A model generated the notes under the pieces. The model made no database searches and was not told the origin of the DNA. It saw only the letters and a program-made list of their open reading frames with translations. Both the position numbers and the translations under genes were made by a program. Positions 44,919 to 54,342 of a DNA stretch of 64,000 bases are shown here, piece by piece. Numbering within the stretch: position 1 is the first letter of the stretch; each line of letters begins with the position of its first letter. The stretch is from the sequence record NC_048077.1. One strand, given 5' to 3'.

Positions 44919-45885
44919 CCCCGCGAAACTCCTTGACTGTAAGGCGAACCGCTTTGTTGAGAGTTTTACCCAAATCAATTCCTTGAGCGAATCGACTGAA
45001 ACTATAGGCGAATAACGCACGCGCACTTTTCATCGCCGACTTATCAATGTCCGGACGCGCATCACTCACTTCAAGTTCCGCAGGCCAGAATTTTGCAATT
45101 GCTTCGCTATCGTTCTGCGCAAGCAATTCCAGTTCTTTTACGCTCATTACTCGCTGGCGTGCAATGCTACGCAAAATGATATCAGTGAATGGAAGAAGAT
45201 CTTCCGACACTAAATTTTTCACGTCCTTTGCATCGCCTGCTTTCAGGAAGTCATCGAGAAAACCGATAAGCGTTTCTTGATCCAGTTTCTGAACGTTACG
45301 CAATTTGTTCAGCAAAAGAATCCATTTGATTTTGCGCTTGGTGGGAACCAAATGCTGATAAATACTTTCGCCCAATGCCAGCAACATATTGTTGGTAACG
45401 TCTTGCGAAAGACTATCTTTGTTCACGCAAATGTTGAATGAGTCGTGCCATTCTTCTTTTGCGAATTTGGTTTTGAAGTCATGTGTTTTACTGCCGCCGG
45501 AAACCTGATTGAAATTGATTTCTTTGCAGCGACGCAGCGCTTCACCAACTCCATACTTCTCAACGTAGGAAGGAAACTTTTTGCAGGCAATACGAATAGC
45601 CTTGCCTACTTGTTCTTCACGTCCGTAAAGATTTAAAGCAGGCATACCAGAAATTTGTTTCAATGCGACGTAAGGAGTAATGCCTACGCCGAAAACTTTT
45701 TGCCCCGGTTCCGGATCTTTGCCGAGAATCGCGAGTATGTCATACTTGGCGCTGAATTTAATTGTTGTTGGTTCCTCTGACGAAAGTGTATTCACCAGAT
45801 AGCCAACAGTTTTTCCAGTCGCCAGAACAAGAACATTTTTGTTGCCGCTGCGAACAACAATATATTCACCTGCACGATGTTTCAT
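44908..45885 (-). CDS. Hypothetical protein
   Basis: 325 aa ORF. Confidence 0.7.
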   Translation of the reverse strand: MKHRAGEYIVVRSGNKNVLVLATGKTVGYLVNTLSSEEPTTIKFSAKYDILAILGKDPEPGQKVFGVGITPYVALKQISGMPALNLYGREEQVGKAIRIACKKFPSYVEKYGVGEALRRCKEINFNQVSGGSKTHDFKTKFAKEEWHDSFNICVNKDSLSQDVTNNMLLALGESIYQHLVPTKRKIKWILLLNKLRNVQKLDQETLIGFLDDFLKAGDAKDVKNLVSEDLLPFTDIILRSIARQRVMSVKELELLAQNDSEAIAKFWPAELEVSDARPDIDKSAMKSARALFAYSFSRFAQGIDLGKTLNKAVRLTVKEFRGDVD

Positions 45886-45927
45886 AACTCAGTCCATTAG
45901 AATGCGCGAGTTTCCCCGCGCAGAATT

Positions 45928-46395
45928 TTAATCAGAGCCGCCACCGCCGCAATCGGAAGATCCAGAATCAGACGAAGGAGAGCACGTATCAGGAACGTGA
46001 TGCGATTCAACTCGACCTTCATAGGTGGAGTGCGAAAGCATACCATCGTAAACAATTTGATTCGGAACATCAGAGCGAGGCGGTGCGCTGAAAGTTTTAT
46101 GCGTACCGCGAGTGCGTCCAGTAGTCACGCCTGTTTTGAGGAAAGCAGTTCTACGATGTTTGAAATCTGATACAACCATTTCCAAACAACGAAGAGAATC
46201 AGGAGACGGAACAACGTTGCGCACTTTATTTAAAAACGCGCTGTCTTCTTTCGGCATCAGGTGAACTTTCATGTCCTGATACAGCGATTCTACTTTGTAG
46301 CTTACAACATTAAAGCGAGACTTGCGTTCATCGAAAGACTGAACTTGAAACACACGATCCAGATCTTCGAGAATCTCTTCGATAGTTACGCTCAT
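45928..46395 (-). CDS. Hypothetical protein with S/G/D-rich C-terminal tail
   Basis: Ends DTCSPSSDSGSSDCGGGGSD. Confidence 0.65.
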   Translation of the reverse strand: MSVTIEEILEDLDRVFQVQSFDERKSRFNVVSYKVESLYQDMKVHLMPKEDSAFLNKVRNVVPSPDSLRCLEMVVSDFKHRRTAFLKTGVTTGRTRGTHKTFSAPPRSDVPNQIVYDGMLSHSTYEGRVESHHVPDTCSPSSDSGSSDCGGGGSD

Positions 46396-46401
46396 AGTGC
46401 C

Positions 46402-46896
46402 TCACGTTGACAGGTTAATCAGATATTGATCATCAACACCGACGCGGAACATATCTTCCGAAAGTTTTTCGAAGCGGTTGTCTTGACCGCAAATCCATTC
46501 GGACTGATCGACGATAACGAAAGAATATTTCTTTTCGCTTTCACGAATGCGTTGACGAGCGCGACCGTAATCGGCTGGAGTTTCAACGCGAATAAAATCA
46601 ATACGCGGTTCGATGGAGTCACCGTAAACGCGTTCTTCTTTTCCCAAACGGATAATGTTCGCGTCCGGGAATTTTTCTAACAGGTACTCTGCCAGAAATT
46701 GTGACAGCACACTTACGCCAGCGCGTTGCGGAACAGTAACAGCAATGCGGCAGTAGTCGCTGATAACGCGCCAGTCAGTGAAGCCTTTCGGCGCAGTGAT
46801 TTGGCGAATTGATTTCGAGTAGTTCATACTCGTTTCGATCACATTCAAAATAGAACGTTGAACGGGATTTAACTGCTCAATGGTAAGATCAGACAT
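46402..46896 (-). CDS. Hypothetical protein, degenerate P-loop-like
   Basis: AVTVPQRAGVS and FVIVDQ occupy Walker A/B-like positions. Confidence 0.55.
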   Translation of the reverse strand: MSDLTIEQLNPVQRSILNVIETSMNYSKSIRQITAPKGFTDWRVISDYCRIAVTVPQRAGVSVLSQFLAEYLLEKFPDANIIRLGKEERVYGDSIEPRIDFIRVETPADYGRARQRIRESEKKYSFVIVDQSEWICGQDNRFEKLSEDMFRVGVDDQYLINLST

Positions 46897-46907
46897 TGAA
46901 TGTCTCC

Positions 46908-47372
46908 TTAGTTTAGAAGCACAAAGCGAAGCTGCTGAATGTACGCCTCACCTAAAACGTCGCGGAACTTAATGAGTCTGTGTTGGAGAGATTCGATCCG
47001 TCCACCAAACTGATAAGCATCGTCAATAACGAAAAGGGTAGGCTTATCACCAGATTCAAAAACTTTGTGGTATAACTCACGCAGACGATTATGAGTGAAA
47101 CAAAATTCACCATCAACCGCCTCGTGATCCATAGTTAAAAGAAAGGCATTGTATTTCGCTGCCAACTCTTTTGCGAACGTTGAGTGACCGGTTCCCTTTC
47201 CCACGCGTATAGAGATAGTGCGCTGATAATAAAGCCAGTCAGCATTAGGGAAGAAAGGATCATTAAGAATAACGAAAGACTTTTCGAAAGCATTAAATAT
47301 ATCCCAAAAAGTTTTGTTCATAAGCGCATAGCGCTCTTGCTGCAACGCTGCCAGACGTTCGTTGCTACTCAT
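46908..47372 (-). CDS. Hypothetical protein, degenerate P-loop-like
   Basis: IRVGKGTGHST and LFVIDDA are Walker A/B-like. Confidence 0.55.
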   Translation of the reverse strand: MSSNERLAALQQERYALMNKTFWDIFNAFEKSFVILNDPFFPNADWLYYQRTISIRVGKGTGHSTFAKELAAKYNAFLLTMDHEAVDGEFCFTHNRLRELYHKVFESGDKPTLFVIDDAYQFGGRIESLQHRLIKFRDVLGEAYIQQLRFVLLN

Positions 47373-47400
47373 AATTATCTTTCCCGAAAAGTGAAGAGAA

Positions 47401-47422
47401 GAAAAAGCCTCCGAAGAGGCTT
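47401..47422 (-). terminator. Intrinsic terminator
   Basis: AAGCCTC-TTCG-GAGGCTT followed by TTTC. Confidence 0.7.
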
Positions 47423-48509
47423 AATCCGTGCCGAAAGATTCTGCATACTTCTGTTCATAGAAATCTGCTTTGTCGTACTGAACCGTAACGCAGTAGCGCA
47501 ACGGACTAATACGTTCGAAAGAAATTCCGTGAACTTTCAGATCGTGACGCTCGCCACCAACAATTTTTGTGATGGCGATTTCTTTGGCTTTACCGACAGT
47601 CAATGTGGAGTCAGAGAGTTTGAAACAGTCGCGAAGATAAAAACGTTCTTTCTCTCGCGAAAACTCCCCATCAGAGTTGAACTTCAATTTTTGCGTATAG
47701 CCATTTAACGCACTGACAATCAGACTGCGCGGAACATCTTCGAAGCCATGCTCTTTGCGAATCTTTGTAGCGAGTTTGCTACTGATTAGATCAATACGCT
47801 TCGGCGCTTTGTTGCCGAAAGACTTGAGATAGTCGCGACACGCGATTAAGGTTTCATGGGATGCGGCGCAATAACGTTCCAGTACAAGCGCTTGTTCCAT
47901 GCTACACTCTACCTCAACGCAAAAATCGCCTTCCGCTACAGTAGCCGGATTGCGCGTTGGAGCTTTGCCTTGTTTCTTGCGTCTATCGATCATAGTGCGA
48001 ACGTGAGCCGCCCACGCATACAAAAAAGTTGCAATGATCGGATCATCTTCTTTCACTTTGAAAAATTCAATGAATAGAGGAATACTCATTCCAATGAAAA
48101 TTTCTTTTTCGATGAGTGCGTTTTTAAACTCTCGCAATTCTTCAAATTTCAGACCGCTATCATTGCGATACAACGATGCAACCTGCTGCGCAGATTCGAA
48201 AGAAATTGGTTCCTGCAATTTCTCAGCAACAAGTTTCTGCGCTTCGGCGATTGTGATATCAGGCCACGTCCGGAAACTATCGGTTACTGTGTTGCGGTGA
48301 TACAACTCATACAGCGCAGCAAGTTCGTAGATCCTTAGCGGTGTTTCAATTTCGGACTTCTTCTTTGCTTTGGGTTTTGGTTTCGGCTTCAAGAGAACGC
48401 CGTTAATCTTTTTCGGAAGTTTAACTTTCGCCTCTTCCGGACGGCCTATCTCCAATAACTCACCTAAACCCGGCGGCAGTTTTTCCGTCCGTGCTTTTTT
48501 CTTCGGCAC
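47421..48509 (-). CDS. Hypothetical protein
   Basis: 362 aa ORF with GTG start after a GGAG RBS and a CTGTAAAT motif. Confidence 0.7.
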   Translation of the reverse strand: MPKKKARTEKLPPGLGELLEIGRPEEAKVKLPKKINGVLLKPKPKPKAKKKSEIETPLRIYELAALYELYHRNTVTDSFRTWPDITIAEAQKLVAEKLQEPISFESAQQVASLYRNDSGLKFEELREFKNALIEKEIFIGMSIPLFIEFFKVKEDDPIIATFLYAWAAHVRTMIDRRKKQGKAPTRNPATVAEGDFCVEVECSMEQALVLERYCAASHETLIACRDYLKSFGNKAPKRIDLISSKLATKIRKEHGFEDVPRSLIVSALNGYTQKLKFNSDGEFSREKERFYLRDCFKLSDSTLTVGKAKEIAITKIVGGERHDLKVHGISFERISPLRYCVTVQYDKADFYEQKYAESFGTD

Positions 48510-48546
48510 GATAGAATCTCCAACACTTCGGTTTACTGATCAATAT

Positions 48547-50208
48547 TTACAGATTTTTGAAATACTGATACGAGTTTTCATCAAAAGGTTTTCGAACAAA
48601 TTCGATATCCTCAGACAATACGCTCGCTTTACTAATCAATGCTCCGTCATGTTCAAAAGAAAAAACTTTAACGCCGTTCGATAGAATCATATCGAACAGA
48701 AATTTAGTTTCGATTCCTGTGATCATATGACTCAAAATCTGTTTCCGGATTTTATAGTCAAGACTATCAGTGCGCCAAGAAAATCTAACGCCTACTGCAT
48801 TGGTGAGAACAGAATTTTCTTTGGCCTTACGAGCTTTAGAAATATATGCGTCACACAATGACTCAAGCGCCACTGTTAGAGATTCGTTTTCCTTATTCCA
48901 GACTTCACGAACCCGGTTCGTTTCCTTCACCATTAACTTGCGAGCAAGTTTGATTACAGGTTCAAGCATGGATAGATCGCGATACTTCTTCCCTAACTGT
49001 TTTGCTGCACGTTGAATACACTCTGTACGTTTTGACTTTGCGATAACGCGAAGAGGTTCGCTATGCCAGCAAGATTTTGCATTAAGCGCCTGCCCAATAC
49101 TAAACACCGTTGCATAGAAGCAAACTTTTGTATCGTCTTTCGACAAACCAAAAGGTGCTCCAAAATCCGCAACACTTTGATGATCTTTTATCGAAGCGCA
49201 TCGTATGTTGTTGCGCTCAAATTCAAGTTTCAAAATGTTTAGTTGACTGCTTCGCATATCGTGGTTGTAGCCTTTAATATGACAGCGCTCTTTGATGCTG
49301 CGCGGCATGTTTTGAAAACCGCCACCGCATTCATACAAGCGACCGCCGATAGGACTCACGCGATAGGTCGGCAGATAAGAAATTTTCATTTCATCCAGAC
49401 TATGACAAGTGAAACGTCCGGATAAAATATTCATAGTGTTTGAAAACACAAGTCGATATCGAGATCGTGCTTGCAAACTTTGAAACCTACTTAACCGACT
49501 CAACTCTTCCGCAATTGGAAGTAGTGTTAGAGTTAGTGGTTCTTGATTTGCCAAAACATCCTTGTATAGCTTTCGAGTCAATCTGTCTCGATTGCGATCA
49601 AGTGAATCAAAATCATGAGAGGGCATTCCCAACGCTTCAACGGATTTCTTAGCTAAGATTTCCAGAAGCGTTTTTCCTACTGGAGTATTACGCAAAAAAT
49701 TCGGACTACAGTATCTAACTTTTCCAAAAATTTCTTCTGGAGTTCGAGGATTGTAAGGATACATGCTATCAAAAACAGCCTGCTTAATCCTAAATCTTCT
49801 ACACTCAGATCCTGCTGCGCCAAATTTATAACCTGACACATCCAGAACATTTTCCCTAAGCCATTCTAGTGCGCGTGAAAATGATGTTTTCGATTTTTCC
49901 GAGTATTTCGATTTTGCTCCATAGGCGCTAGAACTACCAAAAACCATTGGAAGTTTTTGCATTCCGAATCTGGCAGCAAATGGAATAGAGGGAAGTCGTC
50001 TAACATTTTTAAACTTGCTGTTATATAGCGTGCAATGAACGATGTGCCAAAAGAAAATAGAGATTTGTTCACGAAATTCCCACTCTCTATCGTCTGGCCC
50101 ATCATAAGGGCACGCAAAGATAACGTTCTTTCGAACCCAATCGACTGTGAAATGTTCCTGATACGCCGGATTCTTAACAATAAAAGTATCCATAACATAC
50201 CTAAACAT
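48547..50208 (-). CDS. Hypothetical protein with a diverged family-A polymerase-like C-terminal domain
   Basis: GGRLY...FQNMP, HDMRSSQLNIL (motif A-like), TKVCFY (motif B-like), MITGIE and FEHDGAL (motif C-like). Confidence 0.55.
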   Translation of the reverse strand: MFRYVMDTFIVKNPAYQEHFTVDWVRKNVIFACPYDGPDDREWEFREQISIFFWHIVHCTLYNSKFKNVRRLPSIPFAARFGMQKLPMVFGSSSAYGAKSKYSEKSKTSFSRALEWLRENVLDVSGYKFGAAGSECRRFRIKQAVFDSMYPYNPRTPEEIFGKVRYCSPNFLRNTPVGKTLLEILAKKSVEALGMPSHDFDSLDRNRDRLTRKLYKDVLANQEPLTLTLLPIAEELSRLSRFQSLQARSRYRLVFSNTMNILSGRFTCHSLDEMKISYLPTYRVSPIGGRLYECGGGFQNMPRSIKERCHIKGYNHDMRSSQLNILKLEFERNNIRCASIKDHQSVADFGAPFGLSKDDTKVCFYATVFSIGQALNAKSCWHSEPLRVIAKSKRTECIQRAAKQLGKKYRDLSMLEPVIKLARKLMVKETNRVREVWNKENESLTVALESLCDAYISKARKAKENSVLTNAVGVRFSWRTDSLDYKIRKQILSHMITGIETKFLFDMILSNGVKVFSFEHDGALISKASVLSEDIEFVRKPFDENSYQYFKNL

Positions 50209-50626
50209 GATTTACTGAAAAACCAATAGATCTTTACAGAATTTTTCCCGATCCCGATCCCCCGCCGCCCTTTTTCTTCTTTCAGAAAATTCCTAGCCAG
50301 ATTTAAAACAAATCAAATACAACACATAGGCTTAAAGGATTAACTACGTGGGGCCCGGCTGGGCCTGGCATCCCGCTGGTTGGCATTGCGCTCCGCTGTA
50401 AGATCTAATGATACATATAGCTATACCATACCTAGCATAGTCCAATACAGTGAAGATCCATACCAATACGCAAAAGAATGCCAAGTCCTTGAAATCGAAA
50501 CTCGTGTAAAATTTTTCAAGGATTCTGTAAGTCATTGATTTATGAGAGAAAAACATCGCTCAATAAAAAACGCGATTTTTCAGATTGAGTAGAATCGCGT
50601 TTTAACGGCTTAGAATGCAATTCTAC
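50209..50626. other. Long non-coding region (possible replication origin or regulatory hub)
   Basis: About 420 nt with no convincing ORF; contains a G-tract array, CATAC/AATAC-type short repeats and overlapping inverted repeats. Confidence 0.4.
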
Positions 50627-51178
50627 TCACTTTCTGTTTTTCATGTTTAGGCGTTTCTGCAATTTCTTGCCGATCTGCGTCATAATGGCTGCTACGGCGT
50701 CTCCATCGTTCTTTCCGACCGCTTCTGCCAATCTGTCGCCCTGTTCTCGACTCAGTTCCGGCATAATCATTTTCAACATTTTACTGCGAGCATTTGCGCT
50801 TTTTGATCTTGAAACGCTAACACCGCCATTCAAATTGAATTTGCGATCAACACTTTGCTGTGTGATAGCTTGAAGATCCCGCGCAAGTCCAGCGAATAAT
50901 CTCTGGATAGGAGAAATTTCGCCGCCTTCTGGAATTTTATACAGCGTGCGAAGTTCCTGATCTTCTTTTTCACACGCAACTGCACGCACGCTTGTTTCGC
51001 GCACATCAACGGCGTCTGCCTGTTTAACATGCGGAGTTTCGCGCAATACAATTGTTGAAGATCCTTCATTCGAATCATCTGCAATTGGTGCCTCGTTAGT
51101 TGTTTCTTTACGAGCTTCCCAACCGAGCGGAATATCTTGTGAAGGATCTGCGCTTCCGAAAATGATTTCAGTTTGCAT
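50627..51178 (-). CDS. Hypothetical protein (possible virion protein)
   Basis: 183 aa with GAGG RBS; begins MQTEIIFGSA. Confidence 0.65.
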   Translation of the reverse strand: MQTEIIFGSADPSQDIPLGWEARKETTNEAPIADDSNEGSSTIVLRETPHVKQADAVDVRETSVRAVACEKEDQELRTLYKIPEGGEISPIQRLFAGLARDLQAITQQSVDRKFNLNGGVSVSRSKSANARSKMLKMIMPELSREQGDRLAEAVGKNDGDAVAAIMTQIGKKLQKRLNMKNRK

Positions 51179-51180
51179 GA

Positions 51181-52299
51181 TTACCTCAGTTCATACCCTT
51201 TGTTAATATTGTACTGCAATTCCTTTCGCTGTACCGGACGTGTTGTGACAACCCATTCCCACGACTGATTTTTTGCCGTGCGTTTTTTCGGTGCCTCTGT
51301 TACTTTCAAAACATACCGCTTGAATGGAAGAACAAGAATATCTTCCGGCTCAATCATTCCACTTCGCGCCGGAAGAACTACAGTGATATTACCAACTGTG
51401 AGTTCTTGATCGTAGTTCAAAATGTTTTGTTCTTCGCTGATATTGCCGTTAATGTCATCCACGCCCAAATCAAAAATCAAAAGTGCATGAGTGAACGCGT
51501 CAATATTTTTTACGCGAACCGTTATATGCTGGCCTTTGTACTTGGACAACAAAGCCAGATTCAATTCTGTTTCCGTTCCGTTGATAACAGCAAAGAGTTT
51601 ATTTCGCGGTTCCAGCACTCGATCATTTACGCGAATGCTATACTTCGCCGTTTTGAAATATTTGGGAATAAGCGTATCGAAATCCACATATCCCTTTTTT
51701 CTTTCCAGACGGAAAGTTGTCGGCGCAGTTGATTGATCTTTCGTGTACCCTGAAAGTTTTTGAACGTGGTGATGCGTCATTACGTTATAGATATATCCGG
51801 TCGCTTGAAAGCCCGGTTGAAAACCTTGACGATAACAAATGCCACAATTCACTACGTTGCCTGCATTCCAGCGATCATCCGTATCGCCTCCATCGCTCAA
51901 CATATCCGCTGCATCAATAACAGCGTGCGCATTTCCAACATCAAACATATCGTCTAATGCAATCGCGCCTTTCCCTTTCCCGCCGAACATCGTGTTGCCC
52001 ATCGGCTTGATATCAATTCCGTTTCCGCGTGCCTCTCCATCGCTTTCACCCATCACGCTTTTCAAACCGCCTTCGAGAAAATCGTCGGCATCATTTTCTA
52101 CTTTGTTGCAACTGCACACCAAACCAAACTTAGCCTTTTTGAAAATGATCACTTTGGTGCTGTCTACCGACAACGCCTGCTCAACTTTCGATTGGACAAC
52201 TTCAATGACACTATCCAATCTTTTTTGAACGCGCTCATGCTCATAAGTTTTATGTCGTTTGTATGTGTTTCGAGTTTTACCTCCGGTCAACCAACTCAT
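51181..52299 (-). CDS. Probable virion structural protein (possible neck/head-closure)
   Basis: CSC...CGICYRQG Cys motif and beta-rich body; the functional call is inference. Confidence 0.45.
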   Translation of the reverse strand: MSWLTGGKTRNTYKRHKTYEHERVQKRLDSVIEVVQSKVEQALSVDSTKVIIFKKAKFGLVCSCNKVENDADDFLEGGLKSVMGESDGEARGNGIDIKPMGNTMFGGKGKGAIALDDMFDVGNAHAVIDAADMLSDGGDTDDRWNAGNVVNCGICYRQGFQPGFQATGYIYNVMTHHHVQKLSGYTKDQSTAPTTFRLERKKGYVDFDTLIPKYFKTAKYSIRVNDRVLEPRNKLFAVINGTETELNLALLSKYKGQHITVRVKNIDAFTHALLIFDLGVDDINGNISEEQNILNYDQELTVGNITVVLPARSGMIEPEDILVLPFKRYVLKVTEAPKKRTAKNQSWEWVVTTRPVQRKELQYNINKGYELR

Positions 52300-52442
52300 A
52301 AAATTTCTCCGGTTAGTTTTACTCTAATAGCACGCTATAGACACACTCTATCTCCAACAAGGCAAAATTACTGATAATACTTTTATTCTACCTTTTGCGA
52401 TACGAATGATTATTTATATAGACAAAATAAAAGGAGTTTCAT

Positions 52443-52991
52443 ATGCGCATTTTATCGGGCGATCCCGGTAAAGTGAACTTTGCGCTTACTGTTCTCGATG
52501 TGCAAGGCAAGAGACTTGATATCATGGGAACCAGAATGTTTGGTAGCCCGATTCAGAATCTTACTGGTGATCTTGGAAACGTGACGAAAAAGTTCATTGA
52601 TGAGATCGCAAAAATTGATAAGCAATATGGCCCGTTCGACGCAATGTGTTTTGAACGGTTCCAGTCGCGAGGCTTGGGCGGTAATACCATTGAAGCAATC
52701 AGTATCATGATTGGAGTCATGGCGTTTTACTGCCACAAGAAAAAAATTCCCTTCTTTGCAATCACTGCATCGCAATGGAAAAATGCGTTTAACCGCCACG
52801 CCGATCTCAAAGGATTGTATAAGGAATTTAATCTTACTTCCAAAAAGAGTAAGAAAGCGATTCACGAATTCGATTCAATGTTGATTGGCATTTATACGTT
52901 CTACAAACTAAATGAACTCACACCCTTTGCCGGAATTCAGAAGATGATCTATCCAATAATTGATCGCTTCCTCAATTCCCCCAAACTATAA
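52443..52991 (+). CDS. ruvC: RuvC-like Holliday junction resolvase
   Basis: ILSGDPGKVNFAL, CFERFQ, ITASQWK and IHEFDS acidic catalytic pattern. Confidence 0.85.
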   Translation: MRILSGDPGKVNFALTVLDVQGKRLDIMGTRMFGSPIQNLTGDLGNVTKKFIDEIAKIDKQYGPFDAMCFERFQSRGLGGNTIEAISIMIGVMAFYCHKKKIPFFAITASQWKNAFNRHADLKGLYKEFNLTSKKSKKAIHEFDSMLIGIYTFYKLNELTPFAGIQKMIYPIIDRFLNSPKL

Positions 52992-53003
52992 GCGAGAGAA
53001 AAA

Positions 53004-53645
53004 ATGACCAACGTTCCAGAAATCCAGACTCAAACTGCCATCATTGCATTTCTTGAAGCAGTCTTTAAAGCGGAGATTAGTTATACTCCGCAAGGACATA
53101 TTCCGACTAACGCTAAAGGTGAAGTTCTGAGGGAGTTTGAATTTAAATCCGACTGGATTACTTTCAATAAACTGCTTAAAGATCTGCACGAACAAATTGG
53201 CGCAAAAGTTTACCACAATACTGATCCGAATGGATGCCGTATTTGTATCCGTCCTTTCGACACGCAAAACTTAGGTGATAGGAATTACACTTCGTTTATT
53301 TTTGCAGTTGATCCTCTCGGATATGTACCGTCTGATTGTGACGCAACTCCGATTCGCAAACACCGTCTTCCAATTTTTTCGGAACACGAAATTTTTGAAT
53401 CACTTGCGGAATTTCATGGCATCCATGTAAAACGCGGAGCGCTTGAAAAAGAATTGCTTGTTTCGGAATTCACTGTTCGCTGGTACGGCCTGACAGAATT
53501 TTTAACGCAATGCCGTTTGTTTTTGGATGGAACGTTGGTTGGAAAACAAGGCACGATCTATTTGATTGAGCATAACACTGTGCTTCATGATCAGCCTGCA
53601 CGAAACGAAACTTGTTTCAAAATCGCACACGAACTTTCGTACTAA
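53004..53645 (+). CDS. Hypothetical protein
   Basis: 213 aa ORF. Confidence 0.7.
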   Translation: MTNVPEIQTQTAIIAFLEAVFKAEISYTPQGHIPTNAKGEVLREFEFKSDWITFNKLLKDLHEQIGAKVYHNTDPNGCRICIRPFDTQNLGDRNYTSFIFAVDPLGYVPSDCDATPIRKHRLPIFSEHEIFESLAEFHGIHVKRGALEKELLVSEFTVRWYGLTEFLTQCRLFLDGTLVGKQGTIYLIEHNTVLHDQPARNETCFKIAHELSY

Positions 53646-53685
53646 TTCTCTTTCAACACTGTAAATAGTTAGAAATGAAATCTGT

Positions 53686-54342
53686 ATGCAGGGTAAGAGA
53701 AAAATGGCGAAAGGTACAAGTGCGCAGGTAAAAATGCCTGCAAAGAAACGCAAAAAAGATCTGCAAATCCAAATCGATACGCGACCAATTAATTTGTGTC
53801 CTGAACTTGAAGAGTCTGCTACGCCATTCCGTTTTCGCGGTATGTGTCCAATGACTCGCTGCCAATATTGCACGACTGCAACTGAAACAGGTTGCCTTGC
53901 ATTGGACAGAAAGGAAAGTTCGGATCGCCCAATCAGTAGCAAAGAGATTGCTTATTATAAGCGCGGTTTATTTCCGGAACTCGGCGAGTTTGATCAGAAG
54001 CAACTTGAAGCAACGGTTCGCAGATCAATCACGCGTGTTCGTCTCACGATTTGTTTGAGCACCTACATTAACGCTTTGGATATTTCCTGCAAAGAAAGAG
54101 ATTTCTCTTACAACGTTGGGACTGTTCCATCTGTTGATTTCGTCCATGCTTTCTTGGAACAAACATTTCCTGAGTATCAGATCTGGATGCTCCAACACAT
54201 GAGCGACGAACAGCGTTTCGCGGAGTTAAGTTCTTCGCTGGCACAAACAGAGTATTCGCTTGGCGCTGCGTTGGGCTTAACGCCGAAGAAATTTAAAATT
54301 TTCTGTTTCGCCTTAAACTCTCTTCTGGAGAAAAATAAATGA
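53686..54342 (+). CDS. Hypothetical Cys-containing protein
   Basis: CP..CP..RCQYC..GC cluster; lies downstream of a CTGTAAAT motif. Confidence 0.65.
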   Translation: MQGKRKMAKGTSAQVKMPAKKRKKDLQIQIDTRPINLCPELEESATPFRFRGMCPMTRCQYCTTATETGCLALDRKESSDRPISSKEIAYYKRGLFPELGEFDQKQLEATVRRSITRVRLTICLSTYINALDISCKERDFSYNVGTVPSVDFVHAFLEQTFPEYQIWMLQHMSDEQRFAELSSSLAQTEYSLGAALGLTPKKFKIFCFALNSLLEKNK

